21,054 nt of DNA from NCBI GenBank assembly GCA_024626585.2, contig JANKJI020000004.1, forward strand, positions 142,633,567-142,654,620, written 5' to 3'. The notes beneath the pieces are model-generated. The model was not told the DNA's origin. It saw only the letters and a program-made list of their open reading frames with translations, and did not search any database. This document shows positions 9,740 to 21,054 of this stretch, piece after piece. The position numbers and the translations under genes were made by a program. This DNA comes from Ginkgo biloba. Its lineage: Eukaryota > Plantae > Ginkgophyta. Numbering within the stretch: the first letter of the stretch is position 1; the number at the start of each line of letters is the position of its first letter.

Positions 9740-10623
9740 ATGCTAACCCCTCTGTTGAACCAACAACTTCTTTTGAACCCACATTTTCTCAACCAACCCT
9801 TTTCTTTTTCTTTCTTTGGGCTTATATGCTCCACTCCAACTGTAGGCAACATATCCTTCCAACGACTCTGTTGGTGAGGTTCATTACAGCTGCAACAACT
9901 CCTGCCATTAAGATGCTTTCAACGACCATCTCCTACTATGGCATAGCTTCCTCATGTTCTAGGGTAGCCTGGTAGTCATGCCATGAAGGCCTCCTAAGTA
10001 TCCACCTCGAGCCCTAGATTTCTCTCGCTCTTGGATTCTTTCATTACTAGAAGTGTTGTTACCTACTGCCATTAATGTCCAAGTGCCGACTTCCTTTTTT
10101 TCAACGTGCTGCCTCCATCCATGCCCTCTATTGGCATATTGGTCGGTTCTTTAAAACGACTCGGGTCGGTTCTTCAAAAGGACTTGATCAACTTGACAAG
10201 TAGGTCACTAATCCCTTTGTCAATTTCCTCAACTGACAGCTCTCTTCTCGGCTCTTGCTAATCAACTGCTTCATGTCAACGCTCTGTCGATTTTGGTCAC
10301 GGACATTGTCTTTGTTACCCAACTGCCTCATGTCGGTGTTCTATCGATTTTGGTTATGGACATGGTGTCTTCCATGTCAGGCTTCTCCATTGGTGGCACT
10401 CATGTCAGGCAAGCTTGTAGTTTCCCAAATTTTCCCTCGGGACGTATCCACTACAACCTTTCAGTCGGCTCCGCCAAAACATTATAAATTTTGCACTCTA
10501 TTGTGTGTTGTCGGGATAACTCCTGCATCAGAGGTAGCCCCTGGGCCAAGCTCAGGGTTGCCCCTGAACTGTCACAACTAGAAAGATACAATCTTAGAAC
10601 TGATAGATCAATTTCTGATGCCA
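9740..10623 (-). mobile_element. Degenerate LTR retrotransposon 5' internal region (PBS plus gag-like), possibly Copia
   Basis: The minus strand reads TGGCATCAGAAA at 10612-10623, resembling the tRNA-iMet PBS TGGTATCAGAGC. Downstream on that strand are a decayed coiled-coil-like ORF, a zinc-knuckle-like remnant and KMWVQKK (9767-9787), similar to the K.WVPK motif after Copia/SIRE gag knuckles. Confidence 0.4.
10263..10370. repeat. 57-bp two-copy tandem repeat
   Basis: CAACTGC.TCATGTC...TCT.TCGATTTTGGT.A.GGACAT begins at 10263 and 10320. A 23-bp duplication GGTCGGTTCTT.AAAA.GACT lies nearby at 10141/10164. Confidence 0.85.
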
Positions 10624-13360
10624 TAATAGTTCTCAAACGTGCTATTTAATGCAACTAAAGGAGTTGTTTGCATAACCATATACAACTGCTCCTAACTAAT
10701 TGTTTACTTTAGTNNNNNNNNNNNNNNNNNNNNNNNNNNNNNNNNNNNNNNNNNNNNNNNNNAGGCGTGTTTGAAAGTTGACATTCACTTTATAACTTGG
10801 CTTTAGATTGTTTGCTTAGCCTCAATGAACGATGTAAAACAATGCTCATCAAGAAGTCTTACTCGTTTCCTTGCTGATGAACGACCAATAGCTTTGTTGG
10901 ACAAGCGACTGAAGAAGATGCTTGACAAACAGTTCCTTGTTGCTGCAAACAAACAATCAAAGATGCAACTGAATAGTCAAAATTGCCTACCAACATATCG
11001 CCCAACACAAAACTTGAATGTCCTCGNNNNNNNNNNNNNNNNNNNNNNNNNNNNNNNNNNNNNNNNNNNNNNNNNNNNNNNNNNNNNNNNNNNNNNNNNN
11101 NNNNNNNNNNNNNNNNNNNNNNNNNNAAGAAATGAATGGGTATGAGCCTCTTATTCTTTTCACATATATTTGAAAAATTTGAAAAGCAATTTAAAAACAA
11201 TCTCAAGTATCATTAGTAATGCTTGAGAAAATGAAAGATGAATTTAGAGGTGTCAAGAGAACATTAAAAGAGCTTGAGCTCATATTAGATAGCACGCATA
11301 GTGGCTCAGATTGAGAAAATTACTTGAGGTGGGACATATGATAGTCCCTTGTTTTAGGGACATGTGTGAATCTTTCACTGTGATATTGTTGATCATTTAG
11401 AATATTAGAAGGAACAAATGAAATTGCACACAAAAAGATGCACCTAGAGTTTCATTTAAGGAACCTTTATATGGATTTAATAAGGTTAATGCCTGCTATT
11501 AGAAAGTAAGGCAAGAGGTGCATGGTCCAATGGGGATTATGGAATGGAGAAATTAAAGAGTATCTAGAGAAAAGATTTATCAAGCGAGGTGAACAAGCCA
11601 TAGAGGAATCAACCATTTTAGTGTATGAAGATGGCCTCATTAAGGATAGTGATTATTGCAAGTTAGGGAGATGTTACAGGCTAGTTATTCCAAGAAAATT
11701 GCACCTTGAGAAAGGGGGTGCTAAGTTAACTAATAAAACCAATTCATGTGTATTTGACTCATGTTAGCATCTCCTAGAGAGGTTATGTTAAGAGGGAAAG
11801 AGAAGTAATGGAAGCCCATGGGTTAAGCCCTAATAGGGCACCTCTAATAGGATACTAACACGTGGTAATAACTCTTTAAAAGAGCACTTGGTCTTAGAAC
11901 ACAACCAACTTCAAGTCTTGTTATTCTATGGAAACAAAATGGCCCCATTTTCCTATTTGTATAGAAGTTACTTGGGCTTGGACAATAATCCAATCATTGC
12001 CTTTATTTTTTTTCGTTTTGTGCATAATCTTCTCTCTCTTGGCTTCTTTATTTTGTTAGTTTGTTGGGTGTTCTTTTTAGGGAGCATTTATTTTTGACTT
12101 GAAGGAGCATTGTTGACTCTGGACCTAGTGATGTCTCACCAAGTTCACTTTCTGCATCTTTGTGGCCAAGCGTTGTTGTCCTAGGTCGATGTCTTATCCC
12201 AAGGGAAGATTTTGTTGCTATATACTAAAGCTCTAGATTGACCATAAAGGTGATAGACCCTACAACATTGCATCATTCATACTGCAACTATTTTAACCTA
12301 GTTTGAGGCTGTAATCTTGAGCATTCCACTAGTTGAGCCATTTTTTTAGAATTTACATCCATAGTTGCGCTTATGTTCATTACACAGAGCATTTTATCTA
12401 GGTTAGTCTCCAATATTGGTAAGTTTTTTGAAACTCTAATGTTGTAGAACTATTTTAGGCTATTGTGAATTAATATAAATTGCTTTCAAAAATTAATTAT
12501 AACCTATTTGTGCCATCAGTTAATATAAGCTATCTACATAAATTAATGTAAATTAGTTGTGATGTGCGTTTCATTTTGGAGACATTCTATGGTGTAAATG
12601 ACATCATAAATGTTACCTATGGTGCATGGAACGAATAATTAATGTAGAAAACCCTTCTTGTGCCATGCAAGCAGAATTAAACCTACTATGATAAAATGCG
12701 GAGTCTAGACTCTAGCAGTACTATGGATACTGCAACTGATATCCATTGGGGGATAGCACTAATATGAATTAATAACTACTAGTTAAGGGTGGAACTTGTA
12801 ATAGTTCCAATCTACTAAAACTACTAAACATTTTGCTTTAGCCTTGCAAATAATATGCTAAAATGAAGAGTACNNNNNNNNNNNNNNNNNNNNNNNNNNN
12901 NNNNNNNNNATTCAAGTTATGTAATGTAATGAGTACTCATACAAAACATATATTTATTTATGTTAATATATCTAGCGACAAAACAATTTAGATTAATTTA
13001 CATATTCCAAAAAAGAGTCTGTTTAACTAGGTTCAACTTGTAGTAAGAACTTATTGTTGGTAGTGGGGATTTCCTATACGGGCTTACTAATGTGGGGAGC
13101 GAAACCTATAGCATAGAATAGACTACTTGTTAGTGCCTAGCAGTTATTGTCGACCTATTAGACATCACCCTACAATCCCACATTAGCAAGGGTGCTAGGC
13201 GTAGGTCTATTTCAACCCATCTTGTACACTAAGATAACTCCAGAAAGCTAGAGTATCCACCCCTACTAGCAGCTTAATTATTTATACTAATTTTTGGTAG
13301 TAAGAACCCCCTAGGGTTGCAATAACAAACCCTAGACCAAAAATCTATCTGTCAAATCCC

Positions 13361-13493
13361 TTATGGCTGCAACAATAGTCCAAAATCTTATGGCTACACC
13401 AACAGACCATAATCCCTATAGCTGCACCAATAGACTATATCCTACAACTGCAACTACAAACTGTAGCCCTACAACTGCAACAACAGATTGTAG
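13361..13493. repeat. Diverged ~27-bp minisatellite, 5 units
   Basis: Units: TTATGGCTGCAACAATAGTCCAAAATC / TTATGGCTACACCAACAGACCATAATCC / CTATAGCTGCACCAATAGACTATATC / CTACAACTGCAACTACAAACTGTAGCC / CTACAACTGCAACAACAGATTGTAG. Confidence 0.8.
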
Positions 13494-14253
13494 AAAACTA
13501 GTAAGATGATAACCATAAGCACCAACTCATCCCTCTTAGGGGAAAACCAAACCACTACTACTAGTAAGCCCAAATATACGCATGCTAGGGCAAAAATAGA
13601 GTCTCATAGAGAATCACTCTTGGTCAGGGACTCTAATCTCCCAGTAGTTCTAAGGCTTTAACCTTAATTGCCCTAGGAAAAATCACCTAGGTTTTCGTAG
13701 AAGTAGGGTAGATTTCCAAAATACATCCTAAATAATATACTACATAAATCCATCCATGAAGGAACCATAGATAATCATGAATGCATCAAAACAACCCCTT
13801 GACTAGGGGTGCCCTACTTAGAAAAGGATAATTCCTAGAAACAAGGGTTTATAGCTGTAAATTAACCATGTAGAAATCATAAAACAATTTTTTTTGCAGA
13901 AGTGGAAAATTTCCATTAATTTATGGTAGCTAACAATTACTGTGGAATTAGGGTTGGTACAATACCTACAAAATTCAAGACTTAGTTGGATGAATGCCTC
14001 AAACTGAAGCTACCAAACAACTCTTTGGAGCAAAATGACCCCTACTTGTTGTCCAAACTCTAGCAATTTGCATGGAGAGGCCAAAAGATGCAAAACTTTT
14101 GTTAGAAACCGATTGCTACCCTATAGAAATGCCTCTGCAACCCTTCTGGGTCATCAACAACCTCGAACAACAACTATTTTGTGAAAATGCTACAAAGGAG
14201 GCATCTTGCTTTGAGAAATAGATATGAGCAATTAGTTATGTAGAATGTCTCCA

Positions 14254-14317
14254 CAACAAGTAGAAATTAGCATAAATTGAAGACATTTGGCTCTAGCAAC
14301 AAGTAGAAATTAGCATA
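14254..14317. repeat. 21-bp perfect direct repeat, period 43
   Basis: CAACAAGTAGAAATTAGCATA occurs at 14254-14274 and 14297-14317. Confidence 0.9.
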
Positions 14318-14740
14318 GAAGACTGAGGACTTCTATAGTTAGCTTGAATCAAAACAAAATGATAGAATCTATAAGAGAGAGGTGAGGAACCTTGCTTAGA
14401 GAAGAAGAATGATGATAATAGAGCTACTAAAGCCCATGTATATATGAATAACTAGGCACATTCTTTCACGTAAGGGAAAGACTTGTCCTNNNNNNNNNNN
14501 NNNNNNNNNNNNNNNNNNNNNNNNNNNNNNNNNNNNNNNNNNNNNNNNNNNNNNNNNNNTTATTGGAGCACCTCTAAGGCCTTTCCCTTTGTCACCTTCT
14601 CTCTCTTCACTTCTTTCTTTGGAGAACTCACCAATAGTTGCAAAACTCATGTACTAGCCTTCAAGGAAAACTTCTCCTTTTTCACAATCCCTAAGATAAG
14701 ATTAACTTGACGTTTTTGGGTTGTAATATAACCCTAGTAA

Positions 14741-15258
14741 GGGTAATCTTGGTGTCAAAAATGGGTTGAAACGATACCTATGGCCTTGTACCAGTATTGA
14801 TGTTGGGTTGAAGGGTGGAGTCCAACGGACTGATAATAGTTGCTAGACGTTGATGCTGTGCACAAGAATGCCACCAAAGGCTTGGAAGTTGACACAATAA
14901 TCCCTTTAGGTTGTCCCTAAGGCCTACAAAGGATGCTTAGTTCCTCACATGACCAATCCTGTAGTATTAATAGTCCTACCCTTATGAACTTATCTATCTA
15001 TATGCTAAAATTGCACTACTATGTTAGGTTTAAAGTGTCAATCATGTTCTATATATGTTGATACCTAGTGTATGCCATTAAGAAAGATTTTCCTCCAAGT
15101 TGAATGTGTTTATTCTCTAGGGTATGCATATAGTTGTATGCAAGTTTTAAGGGTTGGGCTATTATAGTATCTTGTATAATGTTTCTAGAAGGGTCCTTAT
15201 ATGTAGGGTGTGGGATTTTGTATGCATGATATGATAGATGCACCGATGTGCTTTTACA
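14741..15258. mobile_element. Inverted, diverged copy of the 12797-13241 LTR-like sequence
   Basis: 14741-14849 is the reverse-complement homolog of 13134-13241. Weaker similarity continues toward a ..TTACA end at 15258. Confidence 0.5.
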
Positions 15259-16499
15259 TTAAGTAGTCTTACTATTTGGATAAATCATGCAGCACATACG
15301 CTTTCTTTTGGGCTTGCTAAGCCAACATGTGGATATTGACTCAGAGGAGGCTCACTCATTTGTTTGATTGATTGTTTATTTATTACACATGATACATGTT
15401 ATATAAGATTGATTTTGGGAGCTTGTATCTTGAGTAAACAACCAAAGGGTTATTTCTCTCTCTAGTGCATCAAATGTTGCTTAAAATGTAGAAACTTATG
15501 AGTTAGAATGTAGTTGGAAGACTCTCCTACTACATTGTTGGAAATAAACAAAAACTCTATGGAGCCTAAAAGGAGGTGACTATCCTAAAATTGAATAGAG
15601 GTCTTGGTGTCTTGTTCCTCTCTTGCATTTCAGTCCTCTCANNNNNNNNNNNNNNNNNNNNNNNNNNNNNNNNNNNNNNNNNNNNNNNNNNNNNNNNNNN
15701 NNNNNNNNNNNNNNNNNNNNNNNNNNNNNNNNNNNNNNNNNGATTTAAAGTTTGAGTCTAAAATTGTCGAGTCATCATGGAAGGAGGCCAAAATTCTTTA
15801 AAGATTGCTTAAGTCTTGGTTAATTTGCATAAATCTATAAAGAAAGAGAAAGATTATGCAAGATTATCACAAGATTTAAAGATTCTAATTAGAACTTTAA
15901 AGGTTGAATGGAAGAAGATAAAAATTGTCTCTACACTGAAAGAAATAGTGTAAGACCAAAGAATCATGTAAATATATTTAAAGATTGGTTGAAGTTTTAA
16001 AGATGTGTTGTACTAAACATTCTCACGCTCATAAATCATTGAAGTGTCAAAGAATTTGTTGTGAGCATGTAGTAAGAGTTAGCAAAAGGCATGTTATTAA
16101 CATTCACATTTACCATGGTCCGTATTGTGTAGATTGTCAACATGTTTTCTTAGTCGAGATGCAATAAATAGTGAAGATTGCTTAAGAAGTGTCTAGAATT
16201 AAAAGAAGCTTTGAAGATTTGAAAAAATATTAAAGATTTTAAGAATTCTTGAAAAGATTTCAAGAAGTTTGAATCTTTAAAGATATTGAAGATCTTTGGA
16301 GAAATAAGTTGGAAAAATCAGAAGAGATTAGAATTTTGTTGACAGAACTTGAGTCAAGAGTAGATNNNNNNNNNNGAGCCTCGAGGTTGTAAATTCACCG
16401 AAAGACAGAGAGAAGTAGCTTTGCTGATGGCATCTTTAGGAAGTAATCAATTTGGTGGATTAGGAGGAGGATCTGCCAGTAATCTTATGGAAGCTTTCA

Positions 16500-16766
16500 T
16501 TGAAACTTATAATGTTTGATGGAAGCATAGATGGAGAGAGACATCTGTACACTTGTGAGTGCATTTGGGATGTAAGAGCAATGACAGGTGCTAATATTAA
16601 ATGGAGAGGGTTTGTCACAACTCTGAGAGGACCGACGCAAGACTAGTATAGGAAGGGCCATGTGGTACAAGGTTGGAAAACATAGAATGTAGTTGAGTTT
16701 AAGTACAAGTAACCATATGTGTACCTTGAGCCCACATAGAGAAATTTTAGTGAATGGAAAAATATC
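16500..16766 (+). mobile_element. Ty3/Gypsy gag remnant (family A)
   Basis: Translation from 16500 gives LKLIMFDGSIDGERHLYTCECIWDVRAMTGANIKWRGFVTTLRGPTQD*YRK. This follows the Retrotrans_gag pattern (LP.F.G..D.E.H...CE.IW...TT.R..AL.WY), with TGG changed to TAG. Confidence 0.7.
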
Positions 16767-17203
16767 TATCCACTCTTCCTGTTTATAATATGCGCATTAT
16801 CCCTCCTGACACCGTCCCTTCTTGTTCCTCTCTTGCATTTCAGTCCTCTCATAATAGGATTCCTTGAAACTATATTTATATACATTGCAACTCTTTCGAT
16901 AAGTTGTAAAGAGACTTGTAAGGTGCATCCCAAGCCAAAATGCTTTTCGACTACCATATATAGTTGTAGAGGAGGTTTTTTGTTGTAGAAGATTCCTTCC
17001 ATGAGTTGTCCTCCACTTTTAAAATTTGAATAGATTTTTCACTTTTCCACTTTTGAATTCACTTGTGCACACACAAGACCTGATTATCATCAACCTTTAA
17101 ACCAATTGCTAGACCAAGGATGCCAGGCAAGAGTGTTCAAATCATGTTTGTTGTAAGGTTATTGGGTGGTAGCATCATATTTTGAGTTCCAAGATGCACG
17201 CAT

Positions 17204-18290
17204 GTCCATTTTGTTAAATCGAAGATGAATGACCATGCCTTGACTTGGTTGGAATTTGTTTGTATGAGACACGCACAAGTGGTACATCCACTTGTAACCT
17301 CATGGGAAGAGATTAAAATGGTTTTTTGCACAAAGTTGTATCTCTTAGGTCACATGGATGATCTAAAAAATAAATGGCATTAAGGCAAAGTCAATGGCAA
17401 ACTATGCAACGGTATTCACATAATTTTCCATGCTTTCTATTTGATTGCATATTCTTGTTAATGATGGTATGCTTGTACTCATGTTCATCAGAGGACTCTT
17501 GGAAAACATACATAGACTTTTGGGATTAGCATGCATTATATCTTGGAAGAGGCCAAGATTGAGGCTAGTATGACCTTAAAGTTATTTTTCAAGCCCCCTT
17601 CATCTTGTACATCCAAGAAAGACTTCAAAGGGGAAAGAAAAGACAAGCCAAAGACTTTGGGTGAAAGATCATCTAAAGCTATTACTAAGAACAAGAATTG
17701 TGGCTTTCACAAGGTTTTTGGCTACGAGAATAATAAGTTTGAATTCCATAAAAACATAAAAAAGGAAAGAAAGTGAATGAACTTTATACCTCATGAGGAC
17801 ACTTCAAACATGATTGAACTTTTAGGATATGATCATGTTGACCCCACACTTGCATTTGCTACCATCACTATTAGGGGTTAGCAGGGTAGATGGTTCCAAC
17901 AATAGACATAGGTGAAGGACAAGTTGGAGCACTAGAACAATATATTTGCCAAGTTGGTTTTAAAGTTGCATCTTCCAATTTTCCCTCATCCACATCCCTA
18001 TGTCTTGGGAGGAATTTCTACAAACAACTATACCATGGGAGTGGAAATTGCAATTTCCGATTTTCCATCAACTCTCATGTTGATGAGGTCGCATGTGATA
18101 TTATTGCTATGGATTGTACAAGTGTGTTATTGGGCATTCCATTTATTTATGACAGGAAGTCTAGGATTACTCCCTACCAAGGAAAATTTTAATTATATAA
18201 AGGTGGAAAATATTTCTTTATCACTTATGTTCTTGTGGATAAATCTTATGTTTCTATCAATGGTTATTAGGCAAAATGGTTAGTTCAAGC
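17204..18290 (+). mobile_element. Ty3/Gypsy gag plus aspartic protease remnant (family B)
   Basis: Gag: VHFVKSKMNDHALTWLE..VTSWEEIKMVFCTKLYLLGHMDDLKNKWH*..RQ..QTMQRYSHNF, then MFIRGL. Protease region: LVLKLHLPIFPHPHPYVLG and CNFRFSINSHVDEVACDIIAMDCTSVLLGIPFIYDR..KF*LYKGG. Stops and frameshifts are present. Confidence 0.85.
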
Positions 18291-18395
18291 TTCACNNNNN
18301 NNNNNNNNNNNNNNNNNNNNNNNNNNNNNNNNNNNNNNNNNNNNNNNNNNNNNNNNNNNNNNNNNNNNNNNNNNNNNNNNNNNNNNNNNNNNNNN

Positions 18396-18771
18396 CTTTA
18401 AATAAGGTGCAGTCACAATACCACAATTTTTTATCAACTACCTTCTTTGCCATTTCTGGTTCTTTGAAGAAAACCATATATATTCCATTCCTTAGGTACC
18501 TAAAGGATTCAAAGAATAAACTATTTTTCTTCCACGTTTTTTCTATCCATTTTTAAAAAAAAGACCTAGCAGGCAAGGTACCAAGTTCTAGCAGGAAAAT
18601 ACCAATAGATTTTAGCCTTTTTTCTTCACAAATTACTTTATCATCATTAAGGAAACTGTTAATGGGAGCTCGCTTGGACAGTTCGTCCTCTCTTCCATGA
18701 ATTCGAAATCTTCCCCTCCACATTCTCGAATCTCTCTCCATCTTTGGATTTCGAAGAACCTCTGGTGACAT
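18396..18771 (-). mobile_element. LINE (L1-like) ORF1 N-terminal DUF4283-like remnant
   Basis: Two track ORFs join in frame through one TAA: ..KSIGIFLLELGTLPARSFF*KWIEKTWKKNSLFFESFRYLRNGIYMVFFKEPEMAKKVVDKKLWY. This matches the WI...W...NG.F...F...V....W pattern of plant L1 ORF1. Confidence 0.65.
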
Positions 18772-20826
18772 TCACAAGGTTGGCAACCAATGCTTGTTTG
18801 AATGGTTGTAAACCAATTTTTGCATTCTCCATGAGACATACCCTACCAACCAGGCACAGGGGGGATGAACTACGGCCCTGCAAGACGTCGCTTCAACTTC
18901 CTCAGAGTCGTATGCAAACCCCTCGCTTCCCTTCCACCTCACCATTCAACAAATATTCTTTGTTCAAAATTTGGAAAAAGGAAGAGAGAGTTAATAGCTT
19001 CCATTGTAGAGAGTTATTGAAGAGAGGCTTTCATGCATGCATATTTCTTACATTCAAGCTAATAGAGTATGTGGAGACCTTTTAGCCATTGCCATTTCCA
19101 TTGTTCATAGTTGATTCCAATTTCATGCACACACTCTTGTTTTGAATGACATTCACATGTTCACCCATGGTTTGATGAACATTGCAGTATTCTTCTCTCA
19201 CTTGGCTCTCATTGTGAGGGATTCTCATGAAATATTGAAGCATGGTTTGGAGGAACAAGAAGAGGAGCATGAGACTTTCCTACCCAAGTCCATCACAAGC
19301 AAGCCAAGGTGAGTTCAACTCTCAATCAACCCTTCTAGTCACTTGGAAAGGCTGCATCAAGACAAAGTAGGTGAGTCACAAGAGAAACATTTTAGTTGAT
19401 ATTTAGGAACCTAAATTAGCCCTACAAAGGGATAGATTTGAATTTTTTAACTTCTATTTTCTACATCCAAATTTGCTGAAATATTTGTAGCATATAGACA
19501 TGTACGAGTACTTCAAACTGGGAAATTTTAGATCCTAATTCTTTCGTAGTAGTGACAAATGAGGGAATATACTAGAATTGTAATTCTTCCTCGTAGTTAA
19601 TCAATTGGAACTAAGATTTCACTAAAAGTACATTTAATTAGTACTTTCTATGTGTAAATTTTCTAGCATCTAAAGCATCCTACAAAGGGATATTGCAATC
19701 AGAAAATTCTAAAGGGTTACCAATTCTTCCACTTGGGGTTTGGAAGAAGGCTCCNNNNNNNNNNNNNNNNNNNNNNNNNNNNNNNNNNNNNNNNNNNNNN
19801 NNNNNNNNNNNNNNNNNNNNNNNNNNNNNNNNNNNNNNNNNNNNNNNNNNNNNNNNNNNNNNNNNNNNNNNNNNNNNNNNNNNNNNNNNNNNNNNNNNNN
19901 NNNNNNNNNNNNNNNNNNNNNNNNNNNNNNNNNNNNNNNNNNNNNNNNNNNNNNNNNNNNNNNNNNNNNNNAGCTTGGATTTTTATTTATATAGACTAAG
20001 GACGAGAGAAGTATTGGTTGGTTGTCGCTTGTTTGGGTTATATGTTGAATCAAACTTCTTTGTATCTTCAAAAAACCTTATCTGCCTTGCAAAATCTTTC
20101 AATGGCAAACAGTCCAAAAAATAGTAGTATCTTCCACCATATATTTTGCACAAATATATGCTAGAATATCCTTTCAATCATGCTTCTCAAGAGGAGTTTG
20201 TAGGACAGATAGGGCACTGTCTTATCTTTAAGCAATTTGGTATGCTCCACGGAAGTATTCCTCAGGTAGTAACAACCAATTTCTGAGTGTATTTCTTTCT
20301 CCAAAAGAACATCTTCGTCTTGGATTAAGATATTCTTTTCATTCTCTTCACCCAGGGTTTTATTAGACGATGAGTCCATTCTCTTTTTTACCAAAGCTTG
20401 CTAATAGATTTTCAAGATTAGGTCACCCTCAAAAGACCAAACACATTCATGATTTGAACTTTTAATACTTGATTGGGGTTTGCATGCCTCTCATGAGTGA
20501 TGGTAAAATAGGAATTAGAATATTACAGACACCAGGCAAAGGAAGGACATGAAGGCTGGGTATGTAAATCTTTGAGTGCCATTTATGGAAAAAGTTTATG
20601 ATAAGCCCATGGAGGATAGTAGTAGAGACAGATGTCTTTGGGTAGGGTCGAGGGATCAATGTACACTTATTACTATTCTTACGCTTTGACTGCTTATGTC
20701 CTTCACAGTTAGGATATGATAACAAGAAATGCTTATGTTCTTCAATATGTACACCATCTCTAGCCTGAACTGAGCATACTGAAACATTCTGCTTGCGTGC
20801 CTATAAATATGGTCTGGTGCAATTGA

Positions 20827-21054
20827 TGTGGAATCACATCAATAAACACCTAATTGAATAGGATCATATTAGTTGGGTGAGGAAAATTGCAAAGAGGCAA
20901 ACATGTGCTCAACAAGTGTAAAATCCTAAGTGAGAGAGAACCAACTCATTTCTCCTTCATAAGAAAAAGAACTCACTATTTATAAGTGAGAATACAAATG
21001 TGACTTTTCACTTTTACAAATGTGGGATATACCCTTTTAAGTGAAAAGTCAAAA
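20827..21054 (-). mobile_element. 3' end of an LTR (Copia-like) on the minus strand, running off the window
   Basis: The minus strand reads ..ATCCCACATTTG..CTTATAAATAGTGAG..GATGTGATTCCACA. It has a TATAAATA box (20977-20984) and a CA terminus. The same terminus occurs at 6507. Confidence 0.65.

Larger units (their letters stand above)
12797..14480. mobile_element. Long LTR-like remnant
   Basis: It starts TGTAATAGTTCC and shares its first ~170 bp with 9411-9600. It is non-coding and contains internal minisatellites. The 3' boundary is uncertain. Confidence 0.45.

Noticed and set aside
11339-12357. Possible PPT plus LTR, and the 81-aa ORF at 11522-11767
   Set aside because: It looks LTR-like, but there is no partner copy, TSD or protein motif to support boundaries.
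12701-12712. Palindrome GAGTCTAGACTC
   Set aside because: An isolated 12-bp palindrome is expected by chance in 21 kb.
13361-13493. Short repeats as a possible CRISPR array
   Set aside because: The units are adjacent and diverged with no unique spacers, there are no cas genes, and the context is a eukaryotic intron.
15742-16365. Recurring AAGATT-like motifs
   Set aside because: This is low-complexity TE-associated sequence with no fixed period.
19983-20394. Minus-strand ORFs as a retroelement accessory protein
   Set aside because: The resemblance is only vague and no diagnostic motif is present.

Overview
This is a gappy draft-assembly window from a large plant genome, probably a gymnosperm (inferred from long TE-filled introns, retroelement types and CpG decay). 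It contains the 5' part of one spliced + strand gene. Exons: 4389-4523, 6841-8298 (interrupted), 8393-8575 and 8701-8855. All have GT..AG boundaries with consistent phases. The protein matches, from memory and not from a search, the plant RING-H2 E3 ligase family typified by Arabidopsis At5g45290 (MGSSSS start; SFRRTHSVGRIRDRVLRR; RSQVRALQRL..HERSC..H..CTC..TRASISRIIMLAEAMFEVLDEIH..PAP..VVESMP). The RING-coding exon is not visible: the intron starting at 8856 runs more than 12 kb to the window end and is filled with decayed Copia, Gypsy and LINE fragments. The most unusual feature lies within exon 2. The reading frame runs seamlessly into a C-to-T-hypermutated, stop-containing copy of the exon (~7300-7737), then a 100-N gap, then the intact copy of the same sequence (7906-8043). 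This is either a real decayed duplication or a chimeric assembly with a pseudogene or TE-captured fragment. I found no credible evidence of a new multi-gene system, CRISPR array or RNA gene. Most short ORFs in the track are spurious or TE-derived.
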